DNA of 64,000 nt, from contig OZ059894.1 of assembly GCA_964057225.1 (NCBI GenBank), positions 7,626,001-7,690,000 on the forward strand, read 5' to 3'. The first letter of the stretch is position 1, and each line of letters starts with the position of its first letter. Positions 25,801-37,800 of this stretch are shown piece after piece. Under the pieces are notes generated by a model. That model was given only the letters and a program-made list of their open reading frames with translations, ran no database searches and was not told where the DNA came from. Position numbers and translations under genes: made by a program. The stretch is from Auanema rhodensis. Lineage: Eukaryota > Animalia > Nematoda.

Positions 25801-28800
25801 ATAGAGAATGATATGCAACCGTTTACAGCGCTTAGCAAAGTCAAAATGACTGCATGCTCTTCAATGACGTAACCTATATGCGTAAGGGTACACGTGAATA
25901 ATGGTGTAAACAAGAGCTAGATATGAATGCTCTTTGAGAAGGGCGATAGAGAATATCAAAAAAATAGAGATAAGAAAGGAGGAATACCTCTTGGAAGCCA
26001 TCAAAGAAGCTTTTCTCGTTGTAATGTTCGGATGGGCTCGCTGATAAGAAGACTGTGGCGACGTCGACGTCGTCGTCGAAACTGTTGCACTGCTTGCTGG
26101 ATTACTTAAACACAACGACGAGTTGTAAGTTGTCGGCCGGTCATGTATCAGAGAAGTTTTCCTCACAACGTCAACCTGAAACAGTAGAATACAGTGAGTT
26201 TGATGTTTTAATATGAATCTTTTTGACTTTTCTCAAACTATCAATGATTTTTCTGCTTTACAGCTCAGGGACTATGAAAGATGGGTTGTCTAATTTATAT
26301 TGAAATTGAAAGCTGATTGAGAGAGAAAGAGAGACTTTGTCAAAGAAACTGAAAACAGGATGTCGCTGGTAAGTTTAATAAAGAAGAAAAGTTAGATTGA
26401 GGTGGATATTTCTTTTCTTATTGATGGAAGGCTTCAACCTTCCAGATAAGTGACTACAATTTTCTTCTTTTTTAAATTGTTGTTTTGATATTAAATAACA
26501 TTATTTAAAAAATAAGTTAAGAAGTATGATAATCTTTGAATTTTTCTTTTATTTTTCTATTTTTCAAATTTAATTTCATGTTGTTTAACAACGGGTGTGT
26601 GTGTGCATCCTACATACATACATGCATACTTCAGTCTCTCCCTTCTCTATCTATCCTCCAACACTTAAAATTATATTCTGTTTATGGGTAGTAATGAAAC
26701 AATAGGAAAAACCATTAATGAAGTTAAAAGCTTATCATCAATATCTATTCCAGAGAATATTATAAAAACTGAATAATATCAAGATGAACTACATCAAAAG
26801 AGGAAACGATATGATAATGACCTTTTAACTGTTTTATGAATGAAACAAGAGTTTGAAAATTTGAAAGTTTTCTTTTTCATTTTTTTATGTTCAAAACAAC
26901 AGGTAACATATAGCTTTTATATGCTTTTTTTTGACAAAACATTGTATATAGTATATATAGATATAAACTATATATATATATATGATAAATTTCTATATTT
27001 ATTATTATTCTCATAAAAGTTTTGTAGTTTATATATGTTTATGAGCTTAAAGTTCGCATAATTAACTGCTTGATTCAAAAAGGAAAAAACTTTTTTCTAT
27101 ATTTTTCCAAATATGTTGTTTGAATACTGGTAAAAGTAATGAACTTAGAGCTTATATCTGTATGACAACCAGGAAGTAATGTATGGAACATTAGAGAAAA
27201 GCCTTTAGAAGCCGAAAGGTCATAGTATATCTGATATAAACTCGAGAAATTAATTCGCTAATTATTAATACTGATAAGGTACATATCTACTTATGGTTAC
27301 AGATTTTATGACAGAAAACAAACCAGGAGCAATGAACTAAAATGACTTTGCATAGTTTGCTCGATCAAGAATCTCTTTAACCCGGAAGAGCATTGAGGGC
27401 AGTTCAGACCGACGTGGGCTTGCAAGAACGGTTTCTCTAGATCTTATCGTTGAAAATAGCCTATGGCAGATGAAGAGCCTGCAGGCTCTTAGACACAGTG
27501 CCTCAAGGCTTTTCTTTCATCTAGTTCCAAAATAGGCTTTCTCCAACCTCTTTGCACTCCGTTCATACTAGGCAGAAAGAGCAAAACTACTGAGACACAT
27601 AGCTTCCAGTGTCGGGTTTTTCTCTGAGCGTCTCGTTTTCAGAGGAAGGCTGTTCAGTTTTGCAACGTGGATGTTTGAAACTGACGGCAAAAAAAGTAAA
27701 AAAAGAAATGAAATAGCTGAGAGAGGGAGGTATAGATAAAATATATACGTGTTAGTGCAAGAGAGCAAAAAAGAAAAACAAAGAGCGAATTGAGAAAAGG
27801 AAAAGAAGAATGAATGAGAGCACGAGAGAGGGAAAGCAGAAGTGTAGAGAAAGAGTAAGGATAAAAGAAATAGAGAAAAAGAGACAAAACGATGAAAAAA
27901 AGGGGAAAGGGGAACCAACGGTGTTCGTTGTCGATCAATAGAAACAATACACAAATAGAGAAGTGCATCAATAGTGTGGTAAGTTAACATACTATGTACT
28001 GAACTAAAAGAGAAGAAGAAAAAAGGAAGTTTTCATAAATATAATTTAAAATTAATTAATTATTATTTAAAAAAGGCAAACAATGTTAGTGCAGTTAAGG
28101 GCAAACAGCAACTTGACGTCGAGCGGCGAAGCTATACATGGTTGAACGTTGTGAACATTCTAATGATTTAGCTGTGAATCTTTAAAACTACTAGAGAATG
28201 TGAGATTAACGCTGAATACATAATGGGAAAAAAATTCATTTCAATTAATTTTGAATTTTCAAACTATATACATATGCTATACATACGTATGTGTATAATA
28301 TATAATATAGTTATTAAATTAAATTGAAATTATATAGAGAAAATCAGTATTGTACATTGAAAATAATTAAAAACACTGATTATTATGTTGATATATAAGG
28401 TTATTTAAAAGAAAAAATTAAGAAGGACATGATAAAGAAAGGTAAGAAACATTAGTTTTCGTGCATATTTGGAAAATTTTGTTGAGAATAAAGCGAACAT
28501 TTGACAAATGTCATGCGATGGAACCTGTTTGTTTCATTTTCCAAACAGATTGTCATAGATTTTAAAATTGTTTCGAAAAAATAGAAAAAGATTATGTCAT
28601 TTATACATATAATGTATCAAAATGTATGCATATATATATATACATATATATATATGTACATAAAGTATATTGTTAAAGAAATTAAAAGAATTTTGTTCAA
28701 ACAATATTTCAGAAAAGAAAAAAAAAAGAATTGAAAACTAGTGGATTGAAGCTTAAAACATGAAGACGTGAGAAGTAACAGAAGTAATAATGCTCTTCCT

Positions 28801-31800
28801 TTTACTCTTTGCCTTTTCCTTTTTTTTTGGATCAATTGAATGGACCAATGGACAAACGATAAAAAAAAGAAATTACATTGAACATATTCAAATAATGTTT
28901 CAAAGAATATTATTAACGGAAGGAGAGCAACAAAATTGAGAAAAAATCATTGAATTTCATATGGTTTTTCTCAACTTTTTCTTATTTGAAAGAAGTTTCA
29001 GCATTAATTGAAAGCTTACCTCCATCGGCGAACTGGGTGGATCCATCTTAATCATATGTCTCGTAGTCATTGGAGGTGACAACATCCTGCAAGATTTGAT
29101 AATAAAAAGACAATTTGATTAAAAAGAAAACTGTTTTATGTTATTTATATTTAAAAAAAACACGCTGAGAACATTTGAATGAAAAATATAAATTTCTTAT
29201 AATTGCAGAACAATAAACTAATTTTATATCTAAATATTTCACATTAGCTCTGTTAGAAGGCTTATATAGACGGCTATGAGAAATTAATAATTGAAAACTT
29301 TGAAACAGCTAATCAACTATCTTTGAAAAAAAGTTTCCTAGTCAGACATTGAAGGGTCATTACTTTCCCTCGGAATTAAATATGAATGAAAAGACCTATT
29401 CATCATTGATATATGTGGCTTCAAGCAACAAAACTTCATCAAATTGAATGATGTCAAGTTTTAAAAAATGATTAAAATAATTTTTGAGAAGCATGATATT
29501 AATATGTGATAGCATAACATCACATATAGCGTGATTTTTAATCAAAATTATTATTAAAATTGAAACTTGAGTAATATGATTAGTATGATTGAGTTTTAAA
29601 ACAGAGATTCGAGATCAAAGAAACAAAAAACTGCTCTCCTGACTTCACGAGTGTGTCGACTTAAAACCTTTCAATGTTATTAGGATAGGAAAGAGACAAT
29701 AATGAAATAGAGGGAAACGTATGCGAGAGAAAATTCGCGGTAAACGAGCAGACATAGGGCGAGCAAAAATGTGTTTTTGCTCTGAACTATAATCGAAGTG
29801 GTATGTTTGAACCTTAGAAAATGAAAAAAAAAGAGAAAATAGGAGCGAGCAAGACATAGAAGTAGATGAAATAGAAGAAGAAAGAGAAGAAGATTTGAAG
29901 AAAAAAGAAATCGAACCAATTAGAGCAGCGCATACATAATTATATTTAATATAATATGTTCATATAACAAGGAATAAATTCGAAACCAACTTTTCTCTCG
30001 TTAATACAAATATTCTAATCTTCAAAATTTCATTTTAAAACGTTCTCTTTGACATATAAGAGACGTTTTAAGAATAATTTATTGAATTGAGCTTCATCAA
30101 TATCAGTTTATTAGAGATGCAAAAGATAAGAAATATTTTTTAATTATCTTTTCACTATGAATATTCGGAAGATATTCTATTATTTTCTCCTAATCTATCC
30201 GAATTGTACTTCCACATACAACTTGATCAGATTTATGGTTTCTCATTGATATTTTAAGAGAAAAACAAAAAGAGCAATGAAGGTGTTTAGTTGCTAAAAA
30301 ATGTTTTTTTTTTAACTAAAAATTACTAAACAATAGAAAATTAATCATTTTATAAAGATTTTCTATCTCGTTTCAGTAAGATATCAATAGGTATCATAGA
30401 AATATTGAATTTTATCACAGAAACCAGTTCCGTTGGGATTACCTAAATAAGTGTCGAGAGTTTTAGATAAAACTAACATCGTTTAACCCATGGATACTTT
30501 AAATGCAGAAAAAAATATAACGGAAAATGATTTGTCCCTGTTTTTGGAAGAACATTGCGAAAAATGTAAAAATGATGAGCTAATGGAAGGGGACATACAA
30601 AAGTTCACATTGAAAATGAGCCAATCATTTGGGACTGGAAGATTAGCGCCGAATTTAGGTGGAGGATTGAAAGAAGACCATGAAGACGAATTATTTTTTC
30701 TTTCTTTATATATAAAAAGAGAGAAAAAGAGCTTTACTTGAGCTAAATGAGAAATGGAATGAAACGATACTGAATAAGTGAGAAATTGGTGACCATTCGA
30801 AGAACTACAAAGTCAGTTTCTACGTTCCTAAACTGTCTTTCTTTTTGGAAATTTAAAATCATGTATCTCTCTCATTCTCTCACTTTGTATTCTCTGAGAA
30901 GTGTTTCGGTCATTGTTTCTCATTCTAATGGAACTACTATACACAGACACATATTTCCGCAAAAATAAAATTCAGAAAAAAAAGAAAATCAGCTTGTACT
31001 ATGATGATGATGATGATGATGATTATGTCCTGCAGACCGAAATTTATGGATTGCAAAGACAAAAATCATCATAATGAACACAGTTGAAGAACCTGTTTTT
31101 GAAAATTAAGTTTCATTTTCTGGCTAACGGAGGATTTTTCTTTTCTTAAATACATTCTATCAGAGTTGATAAGAATAGTGTTCAAACATAGTTCCATCGC
31201 ATTTCAATTGCAACGAATCAGTCAATCGAAATATAAAGAGTTGAGAGAGAAAGGTCCTTGTCAATCTTCTCAGTCATATCAGGGCTGATAGGGCAGTTAG
31301 CGAACGATGACGATGAAGAAGACCACGATCACTACAACAACCTATCGATGATGCAGTCACATAACATCAATGTTGTTAACATGATCATTTATCTGTGTTA
31401 GCCGATAGAACCCAATTCAGAAGATAGTTTTGGTAATTTAAATTTCAAACTAGCTCATGAACATAGATATAACATCATACTATTATGAATTTATTACTAT
31501 ATTTTCTATACGAAATATAAAAACTTTCATCACAAAATTAAATTAAAAACTAAGATTTTTGCAAAAAAAAAATGTTTCGTTTAGGTATATTGTGAATAAA
31601 TAAAAATTTTCTAGTTAGCATTTATCAAATTTATAGAAAGTCGAAAATATTGACGATTGATGAAGAGAACAGCTTACAGAACATCTTCTTTATCAAAAAA
31701 AAAGCAAAAAGTTCGATTTAAACAATAAAATTGAAAAAGGGCAATCGCTTGACTTGCAGTAGGAAGAGAAAACTTTTTTCGTCACCTTGTCGGCGGTCAC

Positions 31801-34800
31801 AACCGTAGGTTACCTCTGCACAATGACATTGGGGGTAGCCCTTTCTTTTCAACCAGCCATCAAAGAGCGAAAAGAAAAAAATGTGGAAAAGATACAACTA
31901 AATGTATCAATATTAACCAGTGTCAGCTGTTAGGATTTTTTGTGTATTGCTCAGCAACATTGAACATCAACGAATGAAGTGCGAAAAATATGTATGCTGG
32001 CATGAGTATCAAGCAAGAATGATGTTGAGTTAGAGGTTCATATAACACATACAATTCAGAGCTTACTAGCAAAAAGTTCAAAGAATGTGCTCAAAAATAA
32101 GTGAGAACTAGAATGATGAAATATAATGAGCTTTAAGAATGGTTTGATCATGATCATGTTGATGCATGCTGTGTTGATAAACTCTAACTGAGAAGATGAC
32201 AGTAAAATACGAGACTGTTCTATTTGAGTTTGATCGTGAAAACCAGTTAAAAATGATCAGAAAACATATCATTAAATGTTTATAATCATATAATAGGTAT
32301 ACAGAATAATAATAATAAAAATAATAATAATAATAATATAATAATAATAAATGTTACTATATACTATATATCTCATAGCATTCAAGCATAACAGCTTTGA
32401 ACGAGAATATGAAATCAAACATTCATAATAAATCTCGTTAAAGCAATTATAAAAACTTTATGATATAAGTTCTTAAATGAATTTGTAACACCTGTTCAAT
32501 TATAAAAAATAATTTGTTCAATGAACCGATGCAACAGCAATGCTAATCATTGCTTTACACGTGGCACACTTGATATGCGTGAAAAATGCCATTTTCATGC
32601 GGTTGTGCAAAGTGAGCGGTTGAAGCAGAATATTTTTTAAAAAACGGGGAAAAAAAATTTTTTTTTTTTGCTGAACTTCTTGAATATAAAAATACATTCC
32701 AGGAGTATTTTTTTCCTTTTTAATTATTTTTTTTGCAAAAGATATGCGGATAACGTTATTGGAATAACAGAACTAGATAGATATACAGGTCAAACAAACT
32801 GACAAGAATGCTTTCAATAGCTTCGTCATATTCGTTTTCAGCAAATGAATCCCGTTTCTTACTTTTGCATATAATTGATTTGAACCATTTATGAGAATAG
32901 TGATAACACGATGGAAGTGCAATCAGCATTGGATTTTGATCAATTTTCAATCAGAATTTTAGATCTCTTTGATATCTAGTTCGTAAATTTAGAGATATCG
33001 ACAATGTACATCTACAAGAGAGAATAGGTTCTCTCCTTTCTACTTTTCGCCTCTTACATGTTGTCAAGGACAATGCTTCAAAACGGACATCATTGAAGAA
33101 AACTTGCCAGCATGCTACATTAGAAAAGTCGTATATGACATATATCGATAGTGAGTTCCGCCGGAACTTACTATTTTTCATCTTCTTTTCAATAATTGTC
33201 AATAATATTCATTAAATAAAGCAAACGTTTTCATGTAATTTCTATCGAAAATCATTATAAAACTAATTTTGCTGACAGGAAAATCAAGAAAAACGGCCAT
33301 TTAATATCATTTTATAACATAGAATGTGCCTGATTTAATATTATATGAAATATACTAACTAATCTTCATCTGATAAGAAGAAGTTTGGCATATAAACAAG
33401 ATGACGATTATAATATTGAATAGAATTTGTATATACGGCATATGCCAACCAAATCATAATTTAAAACAAACAAACTTTTCGTTAAATAGTTGGAAACGTT
33501 TTACTAAATTGCATAATTTTTCTGTTCCAATATTAAAACGAGAGATAATATCGCAACTAGTAGTATGACATCACATAACATTTACCAAAAAAAAAAAAGA
33601 ATTTTTTTGATATTAATGAATGAATTTTGAAAATTGTCCAGATAGGGGAATAATGATGGTCCGCAAAACAGGTTGAATATTTTGATGACCGTTTGATTGC
33701 CAATGTTAGTGTTAATATGGTTGAACAACTCATATGGCACATGGAATGAAGAGTAAAAAAAAGAAAAAAAGAAAGAAGAGAAAAGATAGTAAAACAGGAA
33801 GAAAATTACATGTAAAGTTAGATAGATAGATAGAAGAATAGATACGTAGAGTGAGAGAGAATTGGAGAAAGAGGAGAGACAGAAAGATATGCAGAGATAA
33901 CAAAAGAGATAGATAGAGTTAACTCAAAAGTGAAAAATAGAGAGTTGTCGGGATTTTTTAACTAAAATACAGACAGGGGGTAAGTTGGAAAGAGAATTTT
34001 CGACTGTTGTTTCTGCTATTTGAACAGAGAACAACACAAAAATGTCCTTTTCCCCGTGCTCTCGTCGTTATTCGTCTTTTCATCTCTTCCGTACTCTCTC
34101 AATTGTCCAATCTGTTTCATCTCCTCTCATTTTGATTGTCTCGTCTTTTTTTCAACAAAATAAGTTTGTTTATATGGGAGAGAGGGTGGGCAAAGTAGTT
34201 GGATCACGTGTTCACGTGATTGAATTAGTTTATATAAGAATGTATTGCCATATAAGACGACTAAAAGAAGCGTAACAACAGTTAGAGAAGGTTTCAGATT
34301 GAATTGCTAGACGTCGACGAGGAAACGACTTACAAGACCAATAACCTTATCCCTCTCTTCGTGCTCTATTTCTCTGTTTTTCATTTCTCTCCATTTCAGA
34401 CACATATTTCCGAAGACCAACGAGCAAGATCAGCATATGGATTCCAGCATAGATATGAAGACAAGGAAAAAACAGAAGATGATATGAAAATATAACGGAT
34501 AAATGTTTTTTTATATGAAAAAGATAATAAATGATTGGAAATAGCTACAAAATATGCTAAGATAATGATCACACCATCTGATATACACGTGGTTTCGTGG
34601 GAATTTTTTCGGACTTTAAGGTATGGGTGGGAGTTTTAACTAAACTAAATGGAAGCTGCATTCATGAATAAGATTATAAGCATGTTTGACGGAAAAATAG
34701 AAAAAGCAAAGGATTGAAGAAAGTGTGATGTTGAAGCTGCTGCAAGCGAGCAGCCTAACGCTAGGTCGTCGCCGGAAACTGATAGAGAGGGTGAAAGAGA

Positions 34801-37800
34801 AAAAAAGAGAATTAGAGAACAACTGAGTAATGGAGAAACAGAGACGTTAAGAAGCTGAGTTGAAGATTGAGCACGAAAAAGAGAGAGAAACAGAAAATGA
34901 GAAGAGACATTCAAGAGAGTGATGGAGTTGGTTGGCAGGCTTCTTGCCAGCAGTCATGTCTCCGTCTTCGGTCGATAAGAAATAACGCAGAGGTTGAGCA
35001 GAGAGGCTAAAAGCAAGAGTGCGAAAAGAATTGACACAGGATAGAAGGGCGATGAAAGAAATCTTGCGAAAGAAAAGTGTTTGATGAAACAAGAGTATAG
35101 AGAAAGCGAAGTTGAGGAGACAAGTGACGATAAGGTGAGTTTATGAGGTTAGAAAGAGCAAAAAACATGCACTTTTGCAAAATCACATCATATAGCATAG
35201 ACATGTGCAGAAATAGAGAAACTATCGTAAAGGCGGAAGATGCAAGAAGAATGATATCAAACACGGCTGAAAACATAGAGGAAGAAGGAGAGTGGGAGAG
35301 AATAAGAAAGAAGAGAAGCTAGATATGCAGAAAGAATGCTAAGAGATTAGATGTGTTGCAGAAAAAAAACCACAAAATTAACATTTCGCATCATTGATGG
35401 AAAACTATGATCACCAAGTGAATTTCGATAATCCTCTGGCTTTCCATCTGTATGAAACTAAACATTGAAAGCATTCTACATGCCATAAAAGAAAAAAATG
35501 TATCAATTTTTTTTGTAAATTAGAATGAAGAAAAAAAATTTGGAAATGAATGAATCTTGACTGAAACTTGACTTGAATTCTGTGGTTCAGGATTCAGACA
35601 TGGAGTTCATGTGAATTTCCCATAAGAAGATTCAACATTGAAAAATCAAAATGTGAGAATGTACTGCTTGTAGATTCTGATCTAAGAAAAGTGGCAAAAT
35701 GGATGGTGAAACACGAAGCAGGAAAAACTAGAGAATATGCGGTAAACTAACAAAAATGCATATGTCTCATTTCTTACTATAGCTGCCGTTTTTAAGGATT
35801 AAATATAGAAGTAAATGACAATTTGAGTGTGTCGTAATGTGTTTTTTCAAGGCTGAAAGGTTTCAATGATTAACAGAAATAGGTTGTTGGTTCATAAAAT
35901 AACAAATACAAAATGTAATTAAAGCATCAACTTCTTAAGATAAACGACAAAGTCGGACGTAAAACATATCCATCTCGAATTTATGATTTTTTTGAGCTTT
36001 TTTCTTCAATTCAAAATTGAAAAGTACAAATTATAAAGAATAAAATACATTTATATGTAAACAATTTTCTTCTCTTGAGGAAAAAAAATCAAATTTGTCT
36101 GTATCACATCATCAACATGTGATTATTAATCTCTGGTAAGAGAAGCATGCGACTTCAAATATTTCAAAGTTTGGGATCTGCTGACAGAGCACATGTACAG
36201 ACATCATAACAAAGACATTAGCTATGTCAAGTTGTTTCAGAATCTGCCTTTTTCACATCTCAAACAACCGAATAGAGAATTAGAAACATTCAAAAAATTG
36301 CATAGCAATCATGGATAACAGCGCTCATGTTTAGATTTTTTTGTTTTTTTTTTGGTTGAAAGAAACTTACGGCTCGGCTAGTGAAGTTTTCCTCCGTTCC
36401 AAAGATGGTGATGGGATTGGATGATGATTTGGATAAGCTACTGGTGGTGTTTGAGGCTCAGGCATCGACAATTTTCGATGAGAATTCTGTTGAGAAAAAA
36501 AAACAAATAAAAAAAAACCTTTTATTTTTAATGAGTAATTAAGGCTTTTACTTAGTTATTCTATTCAATTAATTAGTCTTATTGACAAATTATTTTAAAG
36601 ACGAAAACCATTTATAAATGAAGAATTGAATTGAAATGAGATGAACAAAAACAGATTGTTTCTGACTACAAAAAAAATTGGTGCTCAAGCTAATTTTAAA
36701 ATTTCAAATAAATTTTATTTTAGTTGTAGAAAGAACATACCAAATTATTTGCTGGCATCCACGGTACTGGCTCTTGAACTGTTTGAAGTGGTGGCGATTT
36801 GAATTCAGTTTTGAATTCAGTTTTGAAGTCAGTTTTGAATTCCGGCTTGAACTCTGGTTTGAATTCCGGTTTGAACTCGGGTTTAAACTCTGGTACTTCG
36901 GATATAGATGCCTGCTGCTGAAATGAAAAATTATAAAATGTATCTGCTTAAGATGACGTTGAGTTTTGATTAATTTGGACAGCTCCGTACAATTAGAAAA
37001 CAATGAAGTTACGTGAAGAAAATGTATTGAGCAGCCTCATTCAATTTCAAACGTTTGAATTTCAATCATAATTAAAATTTTAAGTTAGATTCATATACTA
37101 CATATGTACATTTGTATATTCATAAGAGAAACAAGGCATAGCTAATTGAATGTTTTTTTAAAAATTTAAGACATGAAATATTTAAAAATGTGTGAATGAA
37201 ATTTGAAAAATGAATCAAAACAAATGTTTTCAAGGTTTCTGAGAGAGAAAGAAAAAAATAGTGGAAAAGAGAAAAAGAAAAAGAGGGTTGACAATCATAA
37301 TGCACATGTGCTCTGTGTATTACTTCTGTTACATGCACAGAGACATACATATATGTATGTACATGCATACATCACACATACATACAAACATTCATTTTCG
37401 ATTTTCTCAGATAAATTAAACCATTTAGCTTATAATTTGGCAAATATGCTCTATTCGGTTTGTCTTTGTGAATAAAGTTTTATTTGAAAATATTGAACTA
37501 ATTATCGGTTGCTTTAAGTAGAATTGAAATATTCAATCACACGTTAACTATATAAGAAATAATGTTTTGAGTCCTATAGAGAGTGAAATAGATGATGACT
37601 CTATCAGATTGATAATTGTTATCTGATTCAAAACCAGACCCATGAAAATAGTGAAAAATCATTGACAAATCGAATAAAAAAAATTATAAAACCAAAAGGA
37701 TTTTGATAATTGCCATGAGAAAATTCGATTAAAATTAATCTGATATGCCAAATTTTTATTATTTTTCGTTCAAAAATGAAAAGCATTCGATCATGTTTTT

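Noticed and set aside
26059-26079. CGACGTCGACGTCG palindrome
   Set aside because: Explained by Thr/Ser codons (ACG/TCG) in exon 10.
36798-36893. Repeat as a CRISPR-like array
   Set aside because: Contiguous 12-bp units without spacers, inside a spliced eukaryotic exon.
36678-37003. Track ORFs 36678..36926 (+, FEFSFEF) and 36704..37003 (-, SNRNSNQ)
   Set aside because: Shadow frames of the 12-bp repeat; only the PEFK frame fits the splice phases on both sides.
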